A DNA stretch of 44,274 bases from Chiloscyllium plagiosum (Eukaryota), in NCBI RefSeq assembly GCF_004010195.1, contig NC_057753.1, positions 4,367,779 through 4,412,052 on the forward strand. The letters run 5' to 3'. This document shows positions 12,300 through 24,647 of the stretch, in pieces. Below the pieces are notes generated by a model. That model was given only the letters and a program-made list of their open reading frames with translations. It did no database searches and was not told the origin of the DNA. A program made the position numbers and the translations under genes. The number at the start of each line of letters is the position of its first letter. Within the stretch, counting starts at the first letter, position 1.

Positions 12300-12610
12300 G
12301 TTCCAGCCTCCACCACTTCCTTTGGCAGGTCATTCCGCCAGGGATGCACATCACCCTCTGTGTGAAAATGTCCCGTAGGTCTCTTTTATATCTTTTTCCT
12401 CTTACCCTAAACTAATGTCCCCTATTTCTGGACTTGCACACCCCAGGTAAAAGACCTTGTTTCTTTACCTTAACCATGCTGTTCATGATTTTGTACACTG
12501 CTATAAAGTCAACCCACAGCTTCCGATACTCCAGGGAAAAAGCCCCAACATTTTCAAACTCTCCTTATTGCTCAAATCCTCCAACCGAGGCAGCATTATT
12601 GTAAACCTTA
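12300..12610 (-). mobile_element. CR1 3' fragment inserted in the Gypsy integrase
   Basis: RFTIMLPRLEDLSNKESLKMLGLFPW (ORF 12501..12683), the CR1 ORF2 C-terminus. Confidence 0.75.
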
Positions 12611-15600
12611 GATTTGTTTTATTCCTAAGCTGCCCATAACTTCCTTGAATAGTGTTGGTGTAAGGTTTGATCCCTGGTCTCATTGCATCTGCGTGGGTCG
12701 TCCGTATCTAGTTAAAAAATTGAGTAACTCTTCGACAATCCTTTTACCTGTGATATTGCATAACAGAATGACATCTGAAAATCACGTGTATTGTTGTTAA
12801 CAAATATTGATCCCCACTTCCTGTTTTAGGTAGGTGTCCTACGCAGTCAATTAAAACTTTTGTAAAAGGTTCCCCAAACGCATAAATGAGTATTAAAGGT
12901 GCAAGTTTTATTACTACCTGTGGTTTTCCAATTACCTGCCACGTATGACATTCTGGCAAAGTTCAGCTACATTCTTGTGCAGTTCAGTCCAGTAAAAATG
13001 ATTTTGTATTTCAGCTTGAGCTTTTCTTACCCCCAAATAACCTTCTACTGTTGTTCATGTACTACCCACAATACTTCCTTTCTATCACCCACTGGCAATA
13101 TGACTTTACTGTTGGCGACTAAAAGCACCATTACTAGACCAGCAGTGTTCAAATCAAGCGAATTCAACCCCCAGAAAAAAAGAAGCTAACACCTACCATT
13201 GCTGCCTTTGAGCCCAATATGCCGAAGCCCAAATTTGGACGATAGGATAAACCCCAGATGAGACCTCACTCTGGTATGGACCAGGTCAGACCTCCTCAAA
13301 GCATTTCAAGAAAGTAGCCCAGGTCCTAAATTCTCTAATTGTTTTAAACAGTTTGGATAGGCACATGATTCATAGTAAAATTAAGGGTATGTATTTCAGT
13401 TTTATCTTAGCGTAGGATAAAACGTTGGCACTGCATCGAGTGCTGAAGGGCTGTTTTACGTTCCAACTTCTAAAGTGGATATTCCAGAGTGATACAGCTG
13501 TTCAAACCGCTCAGATTTTTTAAAATGACCAGAATTTATTTACAGACTACTGAATGAAGCACAAGCAAAAGAAAATTGCTTTTAGGAAAACAACTATTAG
13601 AAAACCCAGCCAACATGATATACTCCGCAACTTAACAAAAAGCTATTCAATTTTTCTGCAATATCCCATTAAAAAACCCATTGGCATAAAGGTAAATTCG
13701 AACAAAGCTTTTTACAGGAGAGAGAGATTACATCAGCCGGGGATCATAAACTGAAACATGGAATCCCTTTTTCCCAGCAACATTTCGGTGTCTCCAGCTA
13801 AAACTAAACCAAGTGTGGTGGTCAAACGACAGGTCGGGCACCATCCGAAGACGTTTTGGGCATAACCTCTTCATCAAAAAATCCATGACCTTGGAGAATT
13901 GACCACTCCCCTTTCATTGTGCAAGTGTTTTAAAAAAGCCTAAAAGCCCTTTCCACGATTGTTGCCTTCAACAGTATCTGTTTAGCCATAACCAAAGTGG
14001 CCAATTCAGACAATCTCGAACCTGTGCCTTTGCAACCCCTTTTTGAGAAAAACAACACGAACCACATAACGTTGTTAAAGCAATAGCATTGTCACATAAA
14101 CAGTAACACATTCTCTTTTTGCTTTCCTTCCCATTCAAAATACCTTTTGATGACATTCACATGACACACTCTGTGAGATTTCTTTCAATATGCAGTCCTT
14201 ATCAAATAATTCACCTCATTCAATCTCCTTTCCATTTCTAATGTCCATTAACCTTGCTTTTGAAAGTTCCCCTATCACTGGAAGTAACAGAAACACTTTA
14301 TCGTCACTAGCAAAATTGTGAATTTTGATTTCTTGTTTGCTTCCCGTTTCCTGTGATATACTTAAATGCTGATTATCCAACTCCCCCACTCTACTTAATC
14401 CTAACCTAACATTTGACACACAATCCAAATACGTTGTCTTTGAATTTTGACTCACTAATTTCTCTTTAATTACTTTCAGTGGTCCTCTTATCTCATGCTC
14501 AAAATCCAATTCAATTGGACTGCATTTGGCCGATTTATTTGGTGCATCCCTAATGGAAATATTTACAAACGGAATTCGTTTATCCCAATCGTCTGAATAG
14601 TCTTAATTAGAAGTCCTTCACATGGTCTTAAAAATTTGATGTCACCCTCCTCATACTCCTTTGTCTTACAAACTATACACAGGAGAAGATCCTGAGTGTA
14701 TTATGGAATGTTACAAACTTAAAAATGATGTCTTGATGAGGAAATGTTTTTCTTCCCCCAAATGACCTACTACTGGCATTTCGTGTGCTACCCGCAACAC
14801 CTCCTTTCTATAACCCACTGGCAATATGACTTGATGAACCTCTACTCATTTGTCATTGGCCTGAGTATGTGATGGAAAGCAGTGGATTTTAATAGTTTTA
14901 TTCCAAAACTATCCATAGCTTTCTGAGTAATTTTGATGTAAAATCTCACCCTTGATCTGACTGGATCTCTGTGGGTAGTCCATTTCCTGTGAACATTTTG
15001 TGTAATTCTTCTCCAATACGTTTAGCTATGATATCGCATAATAGAATGTCCTCGGAACATCTAGTGAACACAGGCAACATTGTCAACAAATACTGGTTGC
15101 CCATGTCTTATTTTTGGTAAGGGCCTACGCAATCAATTAGGACCCTAGTAAAAGAGTCTTCAACTGCATGAATTGGTTCTAAATGTCAAGGTTTTATTAT
15201 TGCCTGAGGCTTTGCAATTGCCTGACATGTATCACGTGTCTGGCAAAATGTAACTGCATCATTTTACAGTCCCGACCATTAAAAATGTTTTTATATTTTA
15301 GCTTGAGTTTTTCGCATCCCTAAATAGCCTATTACTAGTAGTTCATGTGCGACCCGCAACACCGCCTTTGTATAACCCACTGGCAATATGACTTGATGAA
15401 TGTCTGCCAATTTCTCATCTGCCTGAACATGTGATGGTCTCCGTTTGCTCATCAATACATCATTTTTAAGAAAGTAACCTTCCAGAATTCAGTCAGATTC
15501 TTCTGCTCTGTATGATTGTAAAGATAATTGGTTCAGTTTTTCAACTTTCTGCTGTAACTCCATTAATTTCTCTGAGCAGCAAATACTCACCTTATCCTCC

Positions 15601-16965
15601 ACCTGTTCTTATTTTGTGTCAACTAGTCAATCAAACATGGTCTCTAATACTTCAATATCAATTTCCATATCTGTGTTCTTAGGTTTCACTCCTGTTTCAA
15701 CTGATGACTTTGTGACTTCGTTATCACCCAGTCAGAAAAATGTCCTAGGATATCATTCATATAATACCTCAGTTACTTGATTTTCCACTGGTGTTTCAAC
15801 CACAGTAGGCCTCTTGTGATCCAACTATATTGTTACAAAGGACATATTACATTCCGGGAGCCAAGAGTATTTCCAGTGCTACTACCACAACTTCTCCACT
15901 TTTCACTAGACACTCCGACGTCACTCTACATGATGGAGCACTTCTTGTCTCATCATGAATTCCACTTTCTCTGGCAATAGTCCTGCTGACTTGCATATCT
16001 TCGCATCTCGCAACGTCAAAGATTGACTAGATCCTATATCTCTTAATACTGTAACCTCTGTACCCACTGGTCTTAATCTATGCAAGTAAACCTTACCTTC
16101 GCAAGTAAATCGTTTAAGAAAGTCGACAATTTTATTCTCATCGAGCCTCTGATCAGGTTGTGCATTGTTGTGCAACTGTTTAGCCGTCAATGTGCTTTCC
16201 TTTGCCACTTTAACAAAATACAATGGTCTATTCTGTTTTCTTAGTCTTCCCTGTGTTTTTTTCTAAGCCACGGACGCTGTGACTTCATGTGGCCTACTTT
16301 GTTGCAGTGAAAACACCTGAACTTTTTAACTTCTCTTTCCCCATCATGGGACTCCTTTTTACTTTGTGGTAAGCTGTCTTTATTATCTTAACCGTGATTT
16401 GCGTTCCTCGTATCACATGAGGATTTCACTTTTCCTGTATTTTTATCGCTCATGGATGCAAATTGATGTTGGAACTTTGATTTATGGACCAACTGATAAT
16501 CAAAAGCCATTTCAGCTGTTAATCTCGCCATTCTAACTCTCTGCTTTTCCACGTGAGTTCTCATCACTTCAGGAAGTGAATTTTTGAACTCCTCCAAGAT
16601 AATCGTCTCTATAAGAGCGTCATGTGATTGATTTGTATTTAATGCTCTTATCCACCAATCAAAATTACTTTGATCCTTTCAAGCTCAAAGTATGTTTGAC
16701 CAGGGTCCCTCCTTAGATTCCTGAAACGTTGTTAGTAGGCTCCTGGCACAAGCTCAAATGTACTTAAGATAGTTTTCTTCACCTGCTCATACTCCCGAGA
16801 TACCACCTCTGATAGTGACGCAAATGCTTCACTGGCTCTACCCACCAGCTTTTGTTTGGAGCAACAGCCACAAAAAACAGCCAGTTACTTTGTTTATCCA
16901 CTTTCTCAAAATAAATGAAAACGCTTTCTACATCCTTCTCATCAAGTTTGGGCAACTTATAGATA

Positions 16966-17310
16966 AATAGAATCACTACAGTTTGGAACAGGCTATTTGG
17001 TCCAATGTGTCCACACCAGCCCTACGAGGAGTGACCCACCCAGACGCATTCTCCTAGTCTGTGCTGGACATGTCCCTCGACTAATACATCAAACCTGCAC
17101 ATCCTTGAACACTATGGATAATTTTGCATCGCCAATACGCCCAAACTGCACATCTTTGGACTGTGGGAGGAAACCGGAGCACCTGGAGAAAATCCACGTA
17201 GACATGGGGAGAATGTGAAAACGCCACACAGGCAATCGCCCGAGGCTGAAATCAAACCCCAATCCCCGGCGCTTTGATGCAGCAGTGCTAACCACTGAGT
17301 CACCAAGCCA
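16966..17310 (-). mobile_element. HE1-type SINE inside Gypsy gag
   Basis: Conserved head and core. Confidence 0.9.
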
Positions 17311-17531
17311 CTCATAAATGTTTGGATATATTTAAACAAATTCCCACCAGAGATTCCCATTGCTATCTTCCTCAATAAGCCTGCCTTCTGCCTTCACCCC
17401 CATCCTTTTAAGCCAAATTTCCCGTTTAATTGCCAACTTCTGAAGTTCTAAGTCTCGCTCTCTCTCCCTTTCTTCTGTTCTTAACCATAATTCAAATTGT
17501 TTAATTTCCTTTTCATGTTCAAGCTGCTTCA

Positions 17532-17845
17532 GGGGCAGCATGGTGGCTCAGTGGTTAGCGCTGCTGCCTCACAGCTCCTGGGGACCGGGTTCAATTCTCA
17601 ACTCGGTGACTATCTTTGTGGAGTTTGCACATTCTCCTGGGGTATGCATGGGTTTCCTCCCACAATCCAAAGATGTGCAGGTTAGGTGGATTGGCCTAGC
17701 TAAATTGCCCATAGTGTTATCAGCATTAGTCAGGGGTAAATATAGGGTAGGGGAATGGGTTTGGGTGGGTTATTCTTCAGAGAGTCGGTGTGGACTTGTT
17801 GGGCAGAATGTTTCCATACTGTAGGGGATCTAATGTAATCTAATC
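17532..17845 (+). mobile_element. HE1-type SINE inside Gypsy gag
   Basis: GGGGCAGCATGGTGGCTCAGTGGTTAGC head, (TCTAA)-like tail. Confidence 0.92.
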
Positions 17846-18180
17846 ATCTGCAATTGAATTCTAGCCATTTCCAAAGATTCCAATGTCGTTTTCAGTGAAC
17901 TTAAATATCGAGCTATTGTTCTCCTTTTCTCACAGACGAAGGCGACCCCAACTCCAGATCGCCTGCCAATTCCAACAGTTTTCGCTTGCTCTCCTTTTAT
18001 AGAACCCGCAAAATCACTTCTTCGAACCCCAGAAAACTCTTAGTGACAGAAAGAGCCATTACTCCAGAAAGCACTGTCTAAACGATACAAATTTAACACC
18101 TAGAATAAAGAGACACTAACACCTCCCACTCTCCACCTTTGAGTCGACAATCCTAAACCCAAAGTGGGATTATAGAAACA

Positions 18181-18199
18181 ATCCTGACAAGAGCCCCAA
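18181..18199 (-). promoter_or_regulatory. Degenerate tRNA-Pro primer binding site
   Basis: TTGGGGCTCTTGTCAGGAT just 3' of the LTR, versus canonical tRNA-Pro PBS TGGGGGCTCGTCCGGGAT. Confidence 0.6.
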
Positions 18200-18779
18200 A
18201 TCTGTTATGGACCAGGCCAGACGCTCTCAATTTTGTTTTAAGAGAGTAGTCTAGACTCTAATGTTCTTTCTTATTTTAAAGGCAGTTGTGAAGTGGCTGC
18301 TCCAGGTATAATGCAACTGGGCAAACCACTCGGCTTTAAGCAAAACTGAATTTATTTAAACACTACATTTGAAACATGAACAAATGAAATCGTAGTTTAG
18401 AATAACTGAACTATATGAAACCTTAACCGACCTTGTACAGTAACTACTAGTAATTTACTGTTCCAGTACAGTAACATCCCTTGGAAAAAAGGTAGTTTCA
18501 AACACATATCCTTACAGGTAGGATGGAGCAGCATTCAGAGAGAGATCGCTAAAGCAAATCAAAGGAATTCTTTGTTGAAGCTTGCAACTCCCAGAGCTCC
18601 AGACATCTTGCGACTTCTGCAGCTACAAACAAGCAAGAAAAAAAAAACTGAACTGGGACAACTGGCTGTTCACCATTGTCTAATTAGATTCTTCGTTACC
18701 TCTGTCTTCACGATTCATTTTCAAAAAAAAATGACAAAACAACATTTTTAACGTGTCAGCATCGCCACACTTGGCAACA

Positions 18780-19518
18780 TCCAAACCAAAACCAAACTAA
18801 GGTCAGCCAGTCTAAATGGAGGTCGATTCCAGTGCAACTGCATAATTGATTGCAGAACCTGTCCTGACGAGAATTTGCACTGCACTCCAACCCTTTATTT
18901 TGCACCAGACCTCGGCCAGACTGAGAACCAAAACTGGAAAGGGCAGGAATCATCAAACCATTTTAGTTTGTAGAATAGACAGCATTGGTCATACCAATTG
19001 TGAAGCCTTTGTAGGGAATTTAAAAGACCTTTTTCACAGCTGAATAAATACCCAGTACTTATATACTGGCGGGCTGTCCTTCACCTAGGGCATGAACCGT
19101 GTCTCTCTGTGGATTGCTAGAAGTAGAACTACAATGAATAATCAGAAGGGTTTGTACTAATATATGATACAGCATTTAGAGGTAGCATCAGTTGGTGCCA
19201 TTTTCCAGCGGACAATGGAGAACATGTTACAAGGTTTATGCTAGGTCTCCATTTATCTGGAAGACTTGCTAATACACGGGAAGACAAATAAAGATCATTT
19301 GGAGACCTTGGACACAGTGCTTAAGAGTTTCTCTCAGGTGGGAGGACGCCTTCGGAGGGAATGATGTATGCTTCAGGCACCCCAAATGACCTACATGGGT
19401 TGAAAAAATCGAAACGACATGGTTACACCTGTTGGAGAATAAAGTGAAGGCAATCAAATGTGTCTTGCCTCCTAAGTCTGTACCGGAGCTTGTTTTTTTC
19501 CTAGAGTTGGTGAATTAG
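18780..19518 (+). mobile_element. Decayed RT fragment of a different Gypsy family
   Basis: GAIFQRTMENMLQGL..VSIYLEDLLIHGKTNKDHLETLDTVL (YLDD motif changed to YLED); the 5' boundary is uncertain. Confidence 0.8.
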
Positions 19519-19519
19519 A

Positions 19520-21620
19520 TTCATCGAGCTCCACAGAGCGGAAACAGACCCTTTGGTCCAACTCATCCAAGTCAATCAGTTGTCATAGAGACCTCCAGCA
19601 CGGAGACCTACCTTTTTTCACAAACTGCTCCATGCCTACCAAAACGTTCAACCAAGATAATCACATTTCCTGAACTTAGCCCATATCCTTCTAAATCCTT
19701 CGTAACTACCTATTTGTCCAAATCCCTTTTAAATGTTGTTAATGTACGCGCCTCAACCACTTCTTGCGGCAGTTCATTCCATATGCGCACCACCCTCTGT
19801 GTAAGTAAAGTGGCCCCAGTATTATTTCCCCAGTAAACGGAAAGTGACGCCCTATAATCCTCATTTCTCCAACCCTGGGAAAAGAAGATTGAGTGCATTC
19901 ACCCTATCCATGCCTCCCACAATCTTATATACCTCTATAAGATTTCTCCCTCAGTCTCCGACGCTCTATAGAAAATGTTCCTCGCCTTCCCAACCACTTC
20001 CTACAACTTAGACCCTGGAGACCTGATAACACCCTTGTAAATTTCTTTTGCACTCTTTTCAATTTAGGCCAGTGTGCCAAAAGCGGACTTCATTGCTCTG
20101 TCTACCTTTGATTGCGCTTTCAGAGAACTGTGAACCTGAACTCCAAGATCCCTCTGAACCACTGCACTCTTTAAGTCCTTAACATTCACAATGAAACTCC
20201 AACTTTGAGTTGACTTTCCAAAACGCAAGACCTCACACTTATCTATATTAAACTCCATTGGTCATTCGTCACTCTACTCCCCCAGCTCATCAAAGTCCAG
20301 CTGCATTTTCTGATAACTTTCCTCACTCCCCACAATAGTGTCATCAGTAAACTTACTAATTATGCCTTGTACATTCTCATCGAAATCGTTAATATAGAAA
20401 ACAGACAGTAATGAGTCCAACGCCGAACCGTGAGGCACCGCACTAGTCACAGTCCTCCAGTCCAACAAGTATCCTTCTCCTATTGCCCTCATCTTCCTAC
20501 CATCAAGCCAATTGTGTATCCAATTTGCCAACTCGCCTATTCCATGCAATTTAACCTTCCAGAGCAGCCTACCACGTGGAACCATTTCAATGGCCTTACT
20601 GAAACCCATGTAGACTATATTTACCAACCTGCCCTCGTCAACCTTCCTGGTCATATCATCAAAGCACTCGAACAAATTTGTGGAGCGGGATCTCCCACTC
20701 ACATAGCTATGCTGACTACTCCTAATCAAACCCAGTCTTTCCAAGTGCATGCATGTCTTATCTCTCAAAATCTTCTCAAGTGACTTACCCATATTAGACT
20801 TATTAGTATCCAGTTCCTAGGCTTTCCTTTGCAGCCCTTCTTCAATACTGTCCCAACATTAACCAACCTCCATTCTCCTGGGACCTCACCGGTGGCTAAT
20901 GATAATGCAAGAATATTGCCCAGGGCCACGCAATTTAGCCGCTTGCAGTGTTCTTGGATAATCAGGTCAGGACCAGGAGATTTATCCACCTTCATTATTC
21001 AAATTCATTCAATACCGCCTCTACTATGATATTGACTCTCCAACAAGCCACCATTAACGTACCCAAGTTCCCAAATTATCGTGTCTTTTCTCGCGGTAAA
21101 CACAGACGAGAAATATTCATTGAGAACCTTACCCATCTCCTGCGGTTCTACTTCGGTCTTTGTGAGGTCCTATTCTGTCTCTAGTTATTCGTTTTCCTTT
21201 AATATACTTAAAGTGCCATTTTGGATTCACCCCAATCTTCTCGGCCAAGGCTACTTCGTGCCATCTTTTCGCCCTCCTAATTTCCTTCTTCTGTAAACTC
21301 CTATATTCCTTCCAGGGATTGCCTTGATCCTAGCTATTTGTATATGAGCCAGGCCTCCTTCCTTTTTCTGGTCAAAGTTTCAATATCTCTTGTCGTCCAG
21401 AGTTTGTGGCTCTTACAAAACGTGCCGTTTACCCTCATACAAACATATAATCCTTGAACATCAGTGACATCACTTTTACAGGACTCCCACTTGCCAGAGG
21501 TCACATTGCCTGCTTACAAACTGCTCCCATCAACTCCTGCAAGCTCATGTCTACTTGCATCAAACTTCACCTTGCCCTAATTTAGAACTTGAACCTGTGG
21601 ACCAGTGTTGTCACTCTCCA
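19520..21620 (-). mobile_element. CR1 LINE ORF2 plus 3' tail (about 2.1 kb)
   Basis: ORFs 20765..20995 (KVDKSPGPD), 20274..20792 (RT, ISKFTDDT), 20064..20258 (MEFNIDKCEVL). Confidence 0.9.
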
Positions 21621-21621
21621 T

Positions 21622-21716
21622 GGTCAGGTAGCATCCGAGGAGTAGGAAAACCGACGTTTCGGGCAAAAGCCCTTCATCAGGAATAGAGGCAGGGAGCCTC
21701 CAGGGTGGAGAGAAAA
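21622..21716 (-). ncRNA. Penelope-derived tail with minimal hammerhead-ribozyme-like core
   Basis: Minus strand CTGATGA-A-GGGC-TTTT-GCCC-GAAACGTC (core 21653-21680); stem I is weak and activity is unproven. Confidence 0.5.
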
Positions 21717-21959
21717 AAGCATGATTTTGCATCTTTGACCTCCATGATCTTCAGAACTGAACAAGAAGGCGTTTGGGTAAGTTTCATGCAAAAAGATAGC
21801 TATCTATTTCCACCATGTATGACAATGGAACACATTCAGTCCCTCATCTGAAAAGATAGAGAAAAAAAAACAAAGGAAGTTGGTTTCCAGAGACAAAACA
21901 TGAATTGGGTTAATGACAGAGACACATGCAACGCATTCTAGAGTGTCTGCCTATCAATA

Positions 21960-22430
21960 TTCTAAAGGAGTAATTTATATGGGTTGTAAGTGGTTTATAA
22001 ATGCATTGGTGCCAAGGACTCAGCAGCTGGAATATATTTGTACTTTCTTGGAGAAGAAACTTTGGATCACTAAGGCCTCTGATCTGGTAATTATTTGTAA
22101 ATCGCTCATATAAAAACTGTATTACATATGCCACCACAATAAGATGAAACTGCCTGAAACAGCAAATAGTAAAATAACAGATTTTGTTTTGGCGCTCCAT
22201 TTTTGGGTCCATCTGATTCTTTTTACTGCTGTTGGGTCAAAGCCTCTACTGCGATCTACTGGCTGCTATAATAGCAGTAGAATGAGAATAGTAGTAGAAT
22301 GAGAAAGAACGGTGTAAATGGTGTCAAAATACGGTCAAACCCGTCAAATGTTCGCCATATTAAAAAAAATGTAATGGATTTTTTTTCTCAGGGCACAAAT
22401 CCATGGGACGCCGTTTGCCAGGTAAATTGA
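21960..22430 (-). pseudogene. 3' half of exon 2 of GPR139-like pseudogene B
   Basis: Frameshifted segments IYLANGVPWIC, WRTFDGFDRILTPFTPFFLIL, QMDPKME, KSVILLFAVSGSFILLW, YQIRGLSDPKFLLQES match gene C exon 2 in order. Confidence 0.9.
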
Positions 22431-22483
22431 TTAAACGTTGAACCCATTGTTCTAATCAACCTGTTTGGGGATGTCATAACACA

Positions 22484-22697
22484 CTCTGGAGCAGGTGGGA
22501 CTTGAAACTGGATCTCCCAGTCTGGAGTAAGGACATTGTGCTACAGGTGTGCGCCATCAAAGACCATGTATTTTTCTAAATATATTTTTCTATTCAACTG
22601 TTCCCCGCTCGTAGTATAGATCTCTGGAGCAGATGGAATTTGAACCCAGGCTATGATCTAGGGGTAAGGATGCTACCAACGCAACGCAAGAGTGTCC
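22484..22697 (-). mobile_element. Two tandem tRNA-like SINE heads
   Basis: CTCTGGAGCAG(G/A)TGG(G/A)A(C/T)TTGAA repeated at 22484 and 22622; minus strand has B-box-like GGTTCAAATTCC. Confidence 0.55.
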
Positions 22698-22714
22698 TAT
22701 CACATGCTGCACGT

Positions 22715-23490
22715 TTAGCAAATGGGCAAAAGCATGTCAGCTGCAATGTAAATTTAGGTAATTGTGAAGCTGACCAATATGGTCAGAAAATCAAAACTAG
22801 TTTAATTTAAATGGTAACAGTTTGAGAAATGTAGATGTGCAAAGGAACGTGGCCCATTAGAAAAAAAATGCACACTGACCATCATTGCAAGATGAGCTTA
22901 CATACCAAAGAAAACAGATCGTATTTCAGCTGTGCAGCCCCTTTATGGGACTGCACCTGAAGGTATTATCTGTAATTTTGTCTTCCCAAAAGAAGATCGT
23001 GTTGTCCAGGAGAGAGTGCAAGAGTCAAAGTTCAACAAACTGATTGCAGAATTCGCACTTTTTGAGAAAAGAGATATGGGGATGACTGGTCCTGTATTCA
23101 CTTGGCGTTTAGGAGATGGAGAAAGTAACTTAGCAAAACATATAGAATTCATATAGGGCTAAACAGACTGGAAACAGGGACACTGTTTACCCTGGCCTGA
23201 AAACCTGTCCAGTGCAAGTCATAAGTAAACAATTTTGGACTGAGGAGAGGAGAACTTTCAGGACACAGAGAGCACTGAAACTTTGGAATTGACTCCTACA
23301 GAATGAAGTGTAGACGAAGTGATTGAATGTAACAAATAAGAAAATATATTTTAGAGGCTCAGTATATCAATGTCAATGATGAGAGTGAGGAATAACAAGG
23401 TTATATTAGATGATTAGCCATGACCGTGCTGAAATACAGAGTGGACTCGATGAGCCAAATAGGAGACCACGCTTCTATTTGTTATAGATC
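22715..23490 (+). mobile_element. Highly decayed CR1 3' region
   Basis: Remnants of KWAK..Q, LERVQ..F.KLI motifs and the GATGAGCCAAATAG tail. Confidence 0.55.
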
Positions 23491-23925
23491 TATTCGTCAT
23501 TGGTCAAAAAAATACAATCACGGTATCACCAGACAGTGAGGGTCAAATGGTTGGCTGCACATCACAATGGTCCAAGATTATATTGACTGTACTAACACTA
23601 GAAGGCAATTCGCTGACACCTTCTCGAGAATATTTGAAAGTGGGGAAGAACATAATGATCTTGCTAGGGATACGGATTTCGGTCGTTTGAACACAGTTAA
23701 TGTGAACAAGGCATTTGACTGAAATTGAAATAAATTTTGAGCGCTCTTGAAACAGTTATGTTCAGGTTAATTTATTTATTCTGCTTCATTACACGGGCTG
23801 TCAACATGCGTACAAATGCCTAATTAGACTTGACACTTCAACATATTTCCAATAATTTGTGACAATAAAATAAACATTTTCAGCATGGCACAACAACAAC
23901 AAATTTACTACTTGAAACGCATTAC

Positions 23926-23995
23926 CTGGAACCGCAATCACTGTAAGGACGGTGTAGTATACAAGACAGACTGGTCCTCGAGGTGGAGTGTGTAT
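23926..23995 (-). pseudogene. Exon 1 of GPR139-like pseudogene B (start codon ATG>ATA)
   Basis: Reads (ATA)HTPPRGPVCLVYYTVLTVIAVP plus G|GTAATG; 70 nt like exon 1 of A and C. Confidence 0.85.
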
Positions 23996-24164
23996 TTTCT
24001 ACTAGAAACAGTGGTGGGTGATTAGCATCACACTTGTACTTTGTCTCCTTGATGATATATCATTTGTTATCTCTCAGGTTAAACCACCAAAGACACAAGT
24101 AATGTGTCTCCTTGTCTTTCAACAGCAGGTGGGTTTACATTAACTTCATGTTAATTATTAATTA

Positions 24165-24496
24165 GGCGGCATGGTGGCTCACTTTTTAGCACTGCTGCCT
24201 CACAACGCCAGGGACCTGGGTTCAATTTCAGCTCGGGCAACTGTCTGCGTGCAGTTTGCACATTCTCTCCATGTCTGCCTGGGTTTCCTCCGGGTGCTCC
24301 AGTTTCCTCCCACAATTCAAAGATGTGCATGTTTGGTGAATTGGCCATGTTAATTTGCCCATAGTGTTTAGGGGAAATATAAAGTAAAAGGGTATGGGAA
24401 ATATAAAGTAAAAGGGTCTTGCTGGGTAACTTTTCGAAGGTTCAGCGTGGAATTTGTTGGGACAAATGACCTGTTTGAACACTAGGGATTCTATGG
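24165..24496 (+). mobile_element. HE1-type SINE upstream of pseudogene B
   Basis: GGCGGCATGGTGGCTCA head and conserved core; contains a short internal tandem duplication (GGGAAATATAAAGTAAAAGGGT twice). Confidence 0.9.
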
Positions 24497-24647
24497 TACG
24501 AATATATTTATGAAACTAATACATTCCATTTGACATTCATTTAGATGCAGCACAATCGGAAAAATTGGATATCACAGAATTTTAACAGGAAGCACCACAT
24601 GGTAGCAATTTAACTTAAATGTTGAATTACTACTCACTGGCAATTGA

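Larger units (their letters stand above)
11655..14096 (-). mobile_element. Internally deleted Gmr1-type Gypsy retrotransposon, copy 2
   Basis: LTR 13272-14096, degenerate PBS near 13250-13270, gag start near 13122, integrase (PFTKVLIDCVGHLPKT, 12744-12959; SHRLCHANMLTRY, 12160-12300), then RT start (IIEVTYSDWSTLIAIVLKPGDNQWLRVDY, about 11660-11780). Confidence 0.75.
14097..18769 (-). mobile_element. Gmr1-type Gypsy retrotransposon, copy 1 (LTR-gag-PR-IN, decayed)
   Basis: LTR 18203-18769 (TG...CA), gag ATG at 18059 (MALSVT), LPKLDEKDVE and EEFKNSLPEVMRTHVE gag motifs, zinc knuckle CFHCNKVGHMKSQ near 16280-16315, protease VLRDIGSSQSL, integrase about 14100-15500. Confidence 0.85.

Noticed and set aside
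17532..17605. tRNA genes at SINE heads
   Set aside because: They are tRNA-derived heads continuous with SINE bodies, without a complete cloverleaf.
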